Below the pieces are notes generated by a model. The model saw only the letters and a program-made list of their open reading frames with translations. It was not told the DNA's origin and did not search any database. Made by a program: the position numbers and the translations under genes. This document shows, piece after piece, positions 24,129 through 33,539 of a DNA stretch of 64,000 bases (its first letter is position 1; every line of letters starts with the position of its first letter). The stretch is taken from positions 17,707-81,706 of the forward strand of contig CAZNNH010000008.1 of the NCBI GenBank assembly GCA_964574335.1, in the 5' to 3' direction. This stretch comes from an uncultured Acidobacteriota bacterium. Its GTDB lineage: Bacteria; Acidobacteriota; Vicinamibacteria; Fen-336.

Positions 24129-25937
24129 ATGGGCGCCTTCCACCCACTCAAGCTTGCCTGCGGTTCGCTGGTCCTCGCACTCCTTGCGCCGACCCTGGCG
24201 GTCGGCTTCGTCGCCACCGAGGACGACGACATCCAGGCCGTGCTGGCCCGCCTTCGTGGCCTGGACTTCGACACCTTCGTCGACGAGTCCTACGAGCAGA
24301 TCCTCCTTCGCACCCCCGAGACGGTCACCTCGCTGGGTCTGTCAGCGGCGCTCGGCACGAGAAACGACCGGCTCGACAACGTCTGCTACCCGTTCGTCGA
24401 GAACACCTACGCGCTCGAGGCCGGCGTCCTCGAGATCCTTGAGACCTACGACCGGGTGGCGCTCGCCCCCGGCCAGCAGACCAGCCTCGACTCCTACGCC
24501 TGGCTGCTCTCGGCCTGGGGGGACGAGCACGAGTTCATGTATCACCTCTACCCGGTCACTCACGCGTTCAGCCGCCAGAACGACCTCGTTCGGTTTCTCA
24601 CCGACGAGCATCCCATGGCGTCTCTCCAGGACGCCGAGGACTACGTCAGCCGTCTCGAGCAGGTGGACGACCAGTTCGGCTGCCTGGTCCAGCGCCTGCA
24701 GGAGAGTCAGGACCGGGGGATCATGGCCCCGGCGCAGATGCTGGGCGCCGCGGCCTACCAGATCCGCGACATCGTGCCGGGCACCGCCAGGAGCCTCCCC
24801 TTCTTCACCGTCTTCGCCACCAAGCTGGGCCAGATCGGCGAGCTGAGCCAGGTGCAGCGGGAGCATCTCCTGAGCCTGGCCGAGCAGGCCATCGACGGCT
24901 CCGTGATCCCCGCGTACCAGAGGCTGGTGGAGAAGCTGGACCAGCAGGTCCCTCTGGCCCCACCCATGAACGGCGTCTGGCAGCTTCCGGACGGCGACCG
25001 CTTCTACAGATCCAGGCTGCGCTTCCACACCACCACGGACCTCTCCCCGGAGGCGGTCCACCAGCTCGGGCTCCGGGAGGTGGCGCGCATCCGCGCCGAG
25101 ATCCGGCTGGCCTTCGATGCCTTGGGCTACCCTCCCGACCAGGGCTTCGCCGATCTCTTCCAGCGTCTGGCGCAGGACTCGGGCATCGTCCCGGCGGACC
25201 AGATCGTCGCCCACGCCGAAGCCATCATCAGGCAGGCCCAGGCGGATTGTGACCAGGCCTTCGACATCGCTCCCCGGAGCCCGGTGACCGTCATCGGTGG
25301 AACGGGCACCTTCTACGTCGCCGGGTCGTTGGACGGCTCCCGACCTGGCGCCTACTACGTCGCCGACCGTACCGATGGCTACCGGTACTCGATGCGCACC
25401 ATCGCCTACCACGAGGCGGTGCCCGGCCACCACTTCCAAATCTCCATCGGCAACGAGCAGGACGTCCCGCTCTTCACCAAGGCCGGCAACATCTTCACGG
25501 GCTTCGTCGAGGGTTGGGCCGTGTACGCCGAGTACCTGGCCAAGGACCTGGGTTGGTACCGGGACGACGTCCACAGCGACCTGGGCCGCCTGCAATGGGA
25601 GCTGCTGAGGGCCGCGCGGATGGTGGTCGACACCGGCCTGCACGCCAGGCACTGGAGCCGCGGGCAGGCCATCGACTACTACGTGGAGACGGTGGGCGCC
25701 GACGCCGGTCTGGCGACCAGCCAGATCGACCTCTACCTGTCCGATCCCGGCTACTTCAGCGCCTACAAGACGGGGATGATCAAGATCCTCGAGCTTCGGC
25801 AACTCGCCGAGGATCGGCTCGGCGACCGTTTCGACGTCAAGGACTTCCACCGCGTCGTCCTGCTGCACAACCGCATGCCGCTCTCGCTGCTCGAGCGAGC
25901 GGTCCACGACTACATCGACACGGGGCTCGTGCCGTAG
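24129..25937 (+). CDS. DUF885-family putative metallopeptidase (secreted)
   Basis: Signal peptide, and HEAVPGHHFQ, the DUF885 HExxPGHH zinc-binding motif. Confidence 0.8.
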   Translation: MGAFHPLKLACGSLVLALLAPTLAVGFVATEDDDIQAVLARLRGLDFDTFVDESYEQILLRTPETVTSLGLSAALGTRNDRLDNVCYPFVENTYALEAGVLEILETYDRVALAPGQQTSLDSYAWLLSAWGDEHEFMYHLYPVTHAFSRQNDLVRFLTDEHPMASLQDAEDYVSRLEQVDDQFGCLVQRLQESQDRGIMAPAQMLGAAAYQIRDIVPGTARSLPFFTVFATKLGQIGELSQVQREHLLSLAEQAIDGSVIPAYQRLVEKLDQQVPLAPPMNGVWQLPDGDRFYRSRLRFHTTTDLSPEAVHQLGLREVARIRAEIRLAFDALGYPPDQGFADLFQRLAQDSGIVPADQIVAHAEAIIRQAQADCDQAFDIAPRSPVTVIGGTGTFYVAGSLDGSRPGAYYVADRTDGYRYSMRTIAYHEAVPGHHFQISIGNEQDVPLFTKAGNIFTGFVEGWAVYAEYLAKDLGWYRDDVHSDLGRLQWELLRAARMVVDTGLHARHWSRGQAIDYYVETVGADAGLATSQIDLYLSDPGYFSAYKTGMIKILELRQLAEDRLGDRFDVKDFHRVVLLHNRMPLSLLERAVHDYIDTGLVP

Positions 25938-25955
25938 GGGCACCGCCGGCGTTTC

Positions 25956-26008
25956 GGGGACACGATCCGGGTTTCGCTGCACGACGGGCGAAACCCGGTC
26001 ATGTCCCC
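25956..26008. repeat. 52-bp palindromic repeat, copy 2, in the same orientation as copy 1
   Basis: It starts 19 nt after the DUF885 stop codon, so the two copies bracket that gene. Confidence 0.8.
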
Positions 26009-26014
26009 GGGCGT

Positions 26015-27279
26015 CTAGCCGGCGCTCAGCTTGCGCTGCGCCTCGGGGAACGCCAGCGCGCGCTCGAGGTTGTTCACCTTCGAGGCCACCACCTCCTGGT
26101 AGGTCTGGCGCGCCTCGGCCTGCCGGCCCGCCTTCTCATAGGCACGAGCCAGCAGCAGATGCTGGAACGGGTCGTTGGGGTTGGCCTGCTTCAGGTGCTC
26201 GATGGCGGCCGCGGTGTCCCCCGCCTCGAGCTTGCAGTACCCGGCAAGGTAGTGGAAGGAGGGCTCGTACTGCTTGGCATCCTCGCCGCCCTCGTCGATC
26301 ATCCGGCGGACCGCCACCACGTTCTCCCAGGCCTCTTCGTGCCGGCCCATGCGGGCCAGCGTCCGGCTCTTCCCGTGCAGCGCCGGCCGTACCAGACCTT
26401 CTTCTGACTCTCGTCCAGGTCGCTGCCCGGGACGCTGTCGTAGCCGCGCTGGTACGCCTTCATCGCCTCCTCGAGCCGGCCGTTCTCGAGGTTGATGCGG
26501 GCGATCGAGTTCCAGATGAAGACCTCGGGCAGGCCGAACGGCCGGCCCGCCTTCTCGTACTCGCTCTCGAAACGGCGGAGCGACTCGATCGCCGCGTCGG
26601 GGTTGTCCTCGTAGAGGTAGGTGAAGGCCACCTGGTAGCGGATGTTTCCGGGGGCGACGTCGGCGGGCACCAGGCGCAGCGCCTCCTCGAGGGCCGCCCG
26701 GGCGTTTGCGTACTCGCCGTCCAGGATCAGCAGTCCCGCCAGCAGGGTGTGGACCCGGGGAGTGGAGGCGTCGAGAGCCAGCGCCCGCTGGTACGACTTC
26801 CGGGCATCGGCGGTGCGACCGGCCAGTTGCTGGTACTGGCCGATGACCATGGGCAGCATCCTCTCGCCGGGGTACTCCTCGGCCAGCTTGGACAACGGCT
26901 CGATGGCCGCGATGTTGGGGGCGGTCGAGGGGTCACGGAAGGTGGTGGCCTGGATCTCGATGTAGCGCCGGTGGCTGTCCGGCGCCTTCCGGGCCAGCTC
27001 GACGGCCTTGTCCAGGGCCGCCGTGTCGGGCGGGAACTGGGTGGCGGCCACGTAGAAGTAGGCCAGGGCGAAGTCGGGATCGACCGCGACCGCTGCCTTG
27101 GCCAGCTCGTTGCTGGCCGGCCCGAACTGCAGGTTCTCGATCCGCTGCTGCAGCTCGCGGACCTTGGCGGCCGCCTCCTTGGAGTCGGTCCCGGCCGGGA
27201 AGCTCCTCAGCTCGCCCGCCTGCGCCGACACCGCAGCGGTGACGGCCAGGCACACCAACATCATCGAGGGACGTCTCAT
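26015..27279 (-). pseudogene. TPR-repeat lipoprotein interrupted by a -1 frameshift near 26350-26400
   Basis: The two adjacent minus-strand ORFs (27279..26299 and 26350..26015) overlap in different frames. Both encode contiguous TPR-like sequence (...SQKKVWYG // LHGKSRTLARMGRHEEAWEN...). The shift falls in a GGCCGGCGC run. Confidence 0.5.
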
Positions 27280-27390
27280 CTCTGGAACCCTCCTCCCGCG
27301 TCTCCGCCCGCGCCGTCGCAGACGGGCCCCCGTGTCTTGGTGCTCTTCGGGGAGCTACGGCAGGAGATCCCGCTCTGTTCCGTCCCTCGG

Positions 27391-28584
27391 CTACTCCTCG
27401 CGGAGCGCCTCGATCGGGTCGAGCGAGGCGGCGCGGCGGGCCGGCAGGTAGCCGCTGGTGATCCCCACCAGCAGGCTCATGGCGAGGGCGGCCACGATCG
27501 CCGTCGGAGGCGTCGAGAGCGGGAGTCCCGGCACCGCCAGCTTGGTGAGGGCAGAGAGGCCGAGCCCGGCCAGCACACCGGCCGCACCCCCCAGAACGGC
27601 CACCACCGTCGACTCCATCAGGAACAGACGACTCACCCCGCCCGGCGTCACCCCGAGCGCCCGCAGCAGGCCGATCTCGTGGGTCCGCTCGTGGACCGAG
27701 ATCCACATGATGGTCAGGATCCCGATCGCGCCCACCAGCAGCGAGATCGCCGCGATGCCGCTCACCGCCACCGTCACCACGTTGAGGATCCGGCCGAAGC
27801 TGGCCAGGATCTCGGCCTGGCTGGTGATGGTGAAGTCCTCGTGGTGGCGGTGGCGCTCCGTGAGCAGACGCCGCATCTCCTCGACCACCCTCGGGATCGC
27901 CTCCGGCCGGCTCGCCACCACGTCGATCTCGTTCAGCTCGTCCACCTTGAACAGCGCCATCGCGCTCGCCACCGGGACGTAGGCGGCGTCGTCCAGGTCC
28001 AGGCCCAGGAGCTGGCCCTTGCCCTGCAACACGCCGATCACCAGGAAGCTGCGGCCGCCGATCCGCACCCGCTCCCCCACCGCCGAGCCTCCCTCGAACA
28101 GCTCGCCGGCCAGCTTCGGGCCCAGCACCGCGTGCGCCCCCTGGCGCCTCGGGTCGATGGGAGGCAGGAACGACCCTCGGGCGATCTCGAAGGACCACAC
28201 CGCCGGCACCTCGTGGTTGGTGCCGTAGACGTACACCGAGCGGCCCCGGTCTTTCGCCTCGACCCGCGCCTGCCCCATCACCAGCGGCGTCAGCGACCTC
28301 ACACCGGGGACCTGGCGTAGCGCCTCGGCATCGTCGACGTCGAGCTTGTGGGTGGTGCCGCCCAGCACCCCCGGGATCCCCAGCGTCTCCACCTTCCCCG
28401 GGTTGATGGCGATCAGGCTGGCCCCGAACTGGGTGAACTGGGAGACGATGTGGTCCCGAGTCCCCTCCCCGAGCGAGGTCAGCAGGATCACCGCGGTCAC
28501 CCCAATGGCCACGCCCAACGCCGAGAGGCCGGTGCGCAGCCGGTGGCCGGTCACTGCTCCGATCACGAAGCCCACCGCGCCCAT
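27391..28584 (-). CDS. MacB/FtsX-family ABC permease (second of two)
   Basis: N-terminal TM helix, a periplasmic MacB-PCD-like domain, and a C-terminal FtsX 3-TM bundle. The internal ATG (MGAVGF) starts 1 nt after the upstream stop. Confidence 0.85.
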   Translation of the reverse strand: MGAVGFVIGAVTGHRLRTGLSALGVAIGVTAVILLTSLGEGTRDHIVSQFTQFGASLIAINPGKVETLGIPGVLGGTTHKLDVDDAEALRQVPGVRSLTPLVMGQARVEAKDRGRSVYVYGTNHEVPAVWSFEIARGSFLPPIDPRRQGAHAVLGPKLAGELFEGGSAVGERVRIGGRSFLVIGVLQGKGQLLGLDLDDAAYVPVASAMALFKVDELNEIDVVASRPEAIPRVVEEMRRLLTERHRHHEDFTITSQAEILASFGRILNVVTVAVSGIAAISLLVGAIGILTIMWISVHERTHEIGLLRALGVTPGGVSRLFLMESTVVAVLGGAAGVLAGLGLSALTKLAVPGLPLSTPPTAIVAALAMSLLVGITSGYLPARRAASLDPIEALREE

Positions 28585-28585
28585 C

Positions 28586-29767
28586 TCACCTCCCCCGTAG
28601 CGCCGCCACCGGGTCCAGCCGGGTGGCGCGGTGCGCCGGCCAGGCCCCGAAGCCCACACCGAGAACGACCGACAGCAGAAGCGCGCTGGCCACCGCCCAG
28701 CCGGGAGGTGCGGCCGGGAAGGAGGGGTAGCGCGCCACGAAGGCCCCGACCAGCGCATAGCCCGCGCCGAGCCCCAGGAAGCCACCACACCCGGCCAGCA
28801 GCGCTGCCTCGGTGACGAACACGGCCAGCACCTGCCCGCTGCCAACACCGAGCGCCTTGAGCAGACCGATCTCGGCCCGTCGCTCCACCACCGAGACCAG
28901 CATCACGTTCATGATCCCGACCCCGGCCACCAGCAGCGACACCGACGCGATCCCGCCGAGGGCCAGCGTCATCGCCCGCAGGATCGAGCTGAAGGAGCCC
29001 AGCATGGCGTCCTGGGAGATCACGGTGACGTCGTCGCCACGGTGGCGCTCGGCGAAGAGCGAGAGAAGCTCCTTGCGGGCGGTCTCCATCTCGGCCCGCG
29101 TCCGCACCTCGGTCAGGATCCGGAAGAGCGAGCGTCGGTTGAACATGGACAGTCCGGTCTGGACCGGCACCATCACCAGGTCGTCCATGTCGAAGCCCAG
29201 CGATCGTCCCCTCGGCGCCAGCACCCCGACCACCCGGAAGCGCCAGCCGCCGATCCGCACCACCTCGCCGAGCGGGCTCGCCGAGCCGAACAGCGCCTCG
29301 GCCACCTTGCCGCCCAGCACCACCTCGGCGCCACCCTGGTCGAGGTCGGCGGCGGCCAGGAAACGTCCGGCCACCAGCTCGAGCTGGCGCACGGCCTGGA
29401 GGTCGTGGCTGGTGCCCAGGACCGGCGCCGCGCGGCCCCGTCCGCCAAAGCGCACCGTTTCGGTTCCCATCGAAATCGGGGCGGCGCGGCGGATCCGCGG
29501 CAGCCGCGACTGGATCGCCCGGACGTCGTCCAGGGTCAGCTCGTGGGTGACGCCACCGAAGGGCATGCCGCCGCTGGTCTCGACCTTGCCGGGCAGCACG
29601 ATCAGCAGGTTGCTGCCGAGCGCCGAGAACTCCCGGACCACGTAGCGCCGGGCGCCCTCGCCGAGGGCGGTGAGCGTCACCACCGCGGCGATGCCGACGG
29701 ACATGCCGGTCACCGAGAGCAGCGTCCGCAGCCGATGCCCCAGTAGCGCCCGACTCGCGAAGCCCAT
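28586..29767 (-). CDS. MacB/FtsX-family ABC permease (first of two)
   Basis: Same architecture as the second permease. The real start is the MGFASRALLGHRL ATG, 24 nt after the ATPase stop. The longer track ORF is read-through of the ATPase in another frame. Confidence 0.85.
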   Translation of the reverse strand: MGFASRALLGHRLRTLLSVTGMSVGIAAVVTLTALGEGARRYVVREFSALGSNLLIVLPGKVETSGGMPFGGVTHELTLDDVRAIQSRLPRIRRAAPISMGTETVRFGGRGRAAPVLGTSHDLQAVRQLELVAGRFLAAADLDQGGAEVVLGGKVAEALFGSASPLGEVVRIGGWRFRVVGVLAPRGRSLGFDMDDLVMVPVQTGLSMFNRRSLFRILTEVRTRAEMETARKELLSLFAERHRGDDVTVISQDAMLGSFSSILRAMTLALGGIASVSLLVAGVGIMNVMLVSVVERRAEIGLLKALGVGSGQVLAVFVTEAALLAGCGGFLGLGAGYALVGAFVARYPSFPAAPPGWAVASALLLSVVLGVGFGAWPAHRATRLDPVAALRGR

Positions 29768-29793
29768 CACGGCCAAGGCCGGCACCTTCGACC

Positions 29794-30513
29794 TCACTCG
29801 GCAAGGGCGAACGACGGCTCGGGAGCCGGCGCGCCGGAAGACCGCCGCGTCTGCGGCAGCAGCTCCCCGTCCTCCATCCGGAGGATCCGGTCGGCCTGCC
29901 TGGCGACGCCTGCGTCGTGGGTCACCACCACCAGCGTCAGACCGTCGCGGTTCATGGCCCGCAGCAGGCCCATCACCTCCGCCGCCGAGGCGCGGTCGAG
30001 GTTGCCGGTCGGCTCGTCGGCCAGCAGGACCCGGGGGCCCATCACCACCGCGCGGGCGATCGCCACCCGTTGGCGCTCGCCGCCGGAGAGCTGGTCGGGC
30101 CGGTGCTCGAGACGGTGGGACAGCCCCACCGCCTCGAGCGCCTGTCGCGCCCGCTCCCGCCGCTCCGTGCGCCCCAGGCCTGCGAAGAGCATCGGCACCT
30201 CGACGTTGCCGATCGCGCTGAGCCGGGGGATCAGGTGGAAGAACTGGAAGACGAAGCCGATGTGGTGGGCGCGCAGGCGGCTCCGCTGCTCCTCGTCGAG
30301 GCCGCCCACCTCGTGGCCGTCGAAGCGGTACGACCCTCGGCTGGGCCGGTCCAGGCACCCCATGATGTGGAGCAGCGTGGACTTCCCCGACCCCGAGGGC
30401 CCGACGATGGCGACATGCTCGCCCTCGCGGATCTCGAAGCTCACCCCTCGCAGCGCCTCCACGGGGACGCCGCCCAGCCGGTAGGTTCGCCACAGCCCTC
30501 GGACGCGGATCAT
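29794..30513 (-). CDS. ABC transporter ATP-binding protein (MacB/LolD-type)
   Basis: Walker A GPSGSGKST, signature LSGGERQ, and Walker B LLADEPTGNLD. Confidence 0.9.
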   Translation of the reverse strand: MIRVRGLWRTYRLGGVPVEALRGVSFEIREGEHVAIVGPSGSGKSTLLHIMGCLDRPSRGSYRFDGHEVGGLDEEQRSRLRAHHIGFVFQFFHLIPRLSAIGNVEVPMLFAGLGRTERRERARQALEAVGLSHRLEHRPDQLSGGERQRVAIARAVVMGPRVLLADEPTGNLDRASAAEVMGLLRAMNRDGLTLVVVTHDAGVARQADRILRMEDGELLPQTRRSSGAPAPEPSFALAE

Positions 30514-31754
30514 CCCTCGCCTCGGATCGCCACCCGGGCCTGGGGCTTGACCAGCGGGGAATCACGCGACGTCACCACCGGCTCGCCCTCGGTCAGCCCC
30601 TCGCGCACCTCGGTGAGACGCCAGTTGCTGAGCCCTCGGACAACCCGCCGCTCGGCGATCCGGCCGTCCTCGACCACCAGCACCCGGCCGTCCGGACCCA
30701 GCGCCGAGCTGGGGATGCTCAGCACCCCCTTTCGGCTGGAGAGGATCACCTCCACGTCGGCCGAGGTCCCGGGCAGCAGGGTGGCCGCCAGCTTCCGATC
30801 GAGCAGCTCTGCCTCCACCTCGATGGTGCGGTTCTGCTCCACCGCGTCCGTCACGTAGGGGGCCACCCGGACCAGCCTCCCATCGAAGAGCTCGCCATGC
30901 CTCGAGTCGACGGACAGCCGGACCGGCTGCCCCACCGCCACCCGCTCGCCGTCCATCTCGTCGATCGGGGCCGTCACGTACAGCGAGCTCGGGTCGAGGA
31001 GGTCGATGGCCGGGGCCAGGAGCGCGCCCGGCATCGATGGTGCGAGCCACTCGCCGACCTCGACGCCGACCTCCGCCACCACCCCATCGAAGGGGGCGCG
31101 GATCTCGGTGCGTGCCAGCTCGACCTGGGCCACCCTGAGGCGGGCGCGGGCCTGCTCCAGGGCAGCCTGGGCGGCGCGGCAGGCGGCTTGCGACCGGTCG
31201 CGCTCGCTGGTCCGGCTATCCAGGAGCTGGTCGCTGGCGATCCCCCGGTGCTGAAGCTGCTGCGCCCGCCCCCGCTCGACCTCGGCGAGCTGGGCGACGA
31301 GGCAGACCTCCTCCGAGTGCGCCAGCGCCGCCTGGACGTCCTGTCTCGCCAGCTCGAGCTGGGCCCGCTGCATCGCATCGTCCAGCTTCAAGAGCAGCGC
31401 CCCTCGGGCCACCCGCGCCCCCTCGCGGTGGGGGATCGCCACCACCCGTCCGCCCGCCTCCGGGGAGAGAGACGCCCGGCGTCGCGCCTGGACGGTGCCG
31501 GCCCGCGTGTTGCTGACCGTCTCTTCCACGCTGCCGCGGGTGACACGCACGACGTCCACGGTCACCGATGGCGGCGCCAGCATGGCGTACCTCACGGCGG
31601 TGACGGCGCCCATCAGCAGGCCGCCGACCAGCAGCACCCGGGCCACGCGATGGGTCACCGGGAAGCCGGTGGCGACGGCGGCCAGTTTTGCCCGAGAACC
31701 GGCGGCGTGGGCCGGACCCGCCTCAGGCGACACCTCTAGCGTTCCGAGCGACAT
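30510..31754 (-). CDS. HlyD/MacA-family periplasmic adaptor subunit
   Basis: Signal anchor, a coiled-coil hairpin (QLELARQDV...LEQARARLRVAQVEL), and beta-barrel/lipoyl motifs. GAGGAG lies upstream of the ATG. Confidence 0.85.
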   Translation of the reverse strand: MSLGTLEVSPEAGPAHAAGSRAKLAAVATGFPVTHRVARVLLVGGLLMGAVTAVRYAMLAPPSVTVDVVRVTRGSVEETVSNTRAGTVQARRRASLSPEAGGRVVAIPHREGARVARGALLLKLDDAMQRAQLELARQDVQAALAHSEEVCLVAQLAEVERGRAQQLQHRGIASDQLLDSRTSERDRSQAACRAAQAALEQARARLRVAQVELARTEIRAPFDGVVAEVGVEVGEWLAPSMPGALLAPAIDLLDPSSLYVTAPIDEMDGERVAVGQPVRLSVDSRHGELFDGRLVRVAPYVTDAVEQNRTIEVEAELLDRKLAATLLPGTSADVEVILSSRKGVLSIPSSALGPDGRVLVVEDGRIAERRVVRGLSNWRLTEVREGLTEGEPVVTSRDSPLVKPQARVAIRGEG

Positions 31755-31799
31755 CTCGGCTCTCCTCATCGATGAAGGACGGATCGGTCCGCCCGGGGC

Positions 31800-32945
31800 T
31801 CAGGCCCCGCTCGGCTCGGCGGTCGGGGCCACCTCCTGGGTCGGCCCCGGCTGGGCCGGGCCGGTCTCCGGGGGCTTGCCGAAGATGCGGTCGAAGGCGG
31901 TCAGCCCGCCCAGCGCGCCCAGCCCCATGGTCTCGACCGCGGTGCTCGGGACGATGATCATCGAGCCCTTCTGCTTGAGCCCCTCGAAGACCATGTTCAT
32001 GGCGCGTAGGTGCAGGGCGGCCGGGTTGTTCTTGTAGTGCTCCGAGGCGGTGGCGAACTTCTCGGCAATCTCGGTCTCGGCGGTCGAGAGGATGATCCGC
32101 GACTGTCGCTCGCGCTCGGCCTGGGCCTGACGGCTCATGGCGTCCTCGAGCGCCTTGGGGATGATGATGTCGCGGATCTCCACCGACTGGACCGTGATCC
32201 CCCAGGCGCTGGTCTTGGCGTCCAGCACCTGCTGGATCTCCTTGCCGAGCCGGTCGCGGTTGGAAAGCATGTCGGCCAGCTCGTGCTTGCCGATCGCGTC
32301 CCGCAGCCCGGTCTGGGCGGAGAGCGAGACCGCGGCGTGGAAGTCCTCGACCTCGAGCACCGATTTCTCCGCGTCCCACACCATCCAGAAGGCGATAGCG
32401 TCGACGTTGACGGGGACGGTGTCCCGGGTCAGCGTGGTCTCGGCCCTGAAGTCGGTCACCCGGATCCTCTGGTCCACGTAGTTGGAGACCTTGTCGATCA
32501 CCGGGATCACGCCGAACAGCCCCGACCCGCGCAGCCCACGGAAGCGGCCAAAACGCAGGATCACCGCCCGCTCCCACTGGTAGGCCATCTGGACGCTGGG
32601 GGCCAGGAGGCCGGCCACCACCACGCTGGCCACCAGCACCTCGCTCTCCGGGCGATGGCGCAGGTAGGCCACGAACGCGGCCACGGTGGTGTAGATGAGG
32701 GCGGCCTCCCAGATCTGGCACAGACGCAGCAGGACCCCGAGGGAGAGGGCCACGGACACCATGGTGATGACCGCTTGCAGGTCGAAGGCGTGGACCTGCA
32801 GATGGACGACCAGCCCCACCAGGCAGATGGCGAGCAGCACCATGATGTTGAGGGGACCGAAACGGAAGTCGGCTCGGAAGCTCGTGGAGAACCGCTCCAG
32901 GGCACCGAGCCCGAACTGATCGCTTCGCGTCGACATGACTGCCAT
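31800..32945 (-). CDS. SPFH/band-7 (stomatin/HflK-like) membrane protein
   Basis: N-terminal TM helices followed by an SPFH domain (AVILRFGRFRGLRGSGLFGVIPVID...). Confidence 0.8.
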   Translation of the reverse strand: MAVMSTRSDQFGLGALERFSTSFRADFRFGPLNIMVLLAICLVGLVVHLQVHAFDLQAVITMVSVALSLGVLLRLCQIWEAALIYTTVAAFVAYLRHRPESEVLVASVVVAGLLAPSVQMAYQWERAVILRFGRFRGLRGSGLFGVIPVIDKVSNYVDQRIRVTDFRAETTLTRDTVPVNVDAIAFWMVWDAEKSVLEVEDFHAAVSLSAQTGLRDAIGKHELADMLSNRDRLGKEIQQVLDAKTSAWGITVQSVEIRDIIIPKALEDAMSRQAQAERERQSRIILSTAETEIAEKFATASEHYKNNPAALHLRAMNMVFEGLKQKGSMIIVPSTAVETMGLGALGGLTAFDRIFGKPPETGPAQPGPTQEVAPTAEPSGA

Positions 32946-32951
32946 CCCTTC

Positions 32952-33329
32952 TCAGCGGCTCTTCCGCTGCTCGAGGTTGTCGAGAATGTCGTTCAGGGTG
33001 AAGCCGTGGGACGAGGCCCGTGACAGCAGCTCCTGGCAGATCTGGTCCAGGATCCGGCGCCGCTCGACGTCGTCCTGTTGCACCCTGAGCTGACCCACGA
33101 ACGTCCCGGATCCGAGCTGCGTCTCCACCAGTCCGGTCAGCTCCAGCTCGGTGTAGGCGCGGCTCACCGTGTTGGGATTGACCGACAGGTCGACCGCGAG
33201 CTGCCGGACCGTCGGCAGACGGTCCCCCGGCTCGAGCTGGCCGGTGGCGATCGAGCTCTTCACCTGGTCGATGATCTGACGGTAGAAAGGGACCCCGCTC
33301 TTGAGGTCCAGCAGGATCTTGATCGCCAC
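32952..33329 (-). CDS. GntR-family (YtrA-like, short) transcriptional regulator
   Basis: wHTH GntR motif PGDRLPTVRQLAVDLSVNPNTVSRAY with a short C-terminal tail typical of YtrA-type regulators. GTG start after AGGGGGA. Confidence 0.85.
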   Translation of the reverse strand: MAIKILLDLKSGVPFYRQIIDQVKSSIATGQLEPGDRLPTVRQLAVDLSVNPNTVSRAYTELELTGLVETQLGSGTFVGQLRVQQDDVERRRILDQICQELLSRASSHGFTLNDILDNLEQRKSR

Positions 33330-33351
33330 CCCTCGTCCCCCTTCACCATTG

Positions 33352-33414
33352 CACTAGTGATCCCATTTACTAGTGTCATGGTGAATTAGTACAATCGGCA
33401 GCCAGGATTGTCAA
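33352..33414 (-). promoter_or_regulatory. Sigma70-like promoter plus tandem palindromic operator upstream of the GntR operon
   Basis: On the minus strand: TTGACA, a 17-nt spacer, then TACTAAT. The predicted transcription start is followed by two copies of the self-complementary 8-mer (C/T)ACTAGTG, spaced 16 bp centre-to-centre. The region is locally AT-rich. Confidence 0.6.
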
Positions 33415-33539
33415 GCGGTTTCGGACGGGTAGAAGGCCCGCGATGGCGCGGTCCAGCCAGGCGATGGCGACTAACTAATTGAGGCTCAGGTACTTATTTC
33501 ACGGAGTCGGGGGCGTCGAGCCCCGCATCCTGCCCGCGG

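Noticed and set aside
29767-30565. The N-terminal 266 aa of track ORF 28586-30565, and likewise the N-terminal extensions of ORFs 27391-28848, 34459-35598, 35373-38117, 55331-57580 and 57001-60033
   Set aside because: These are read-through translations of the upstream gene in a different frame. The real starts are internal ATG or GTG codons with SDs and overlapping stop-start junctions.
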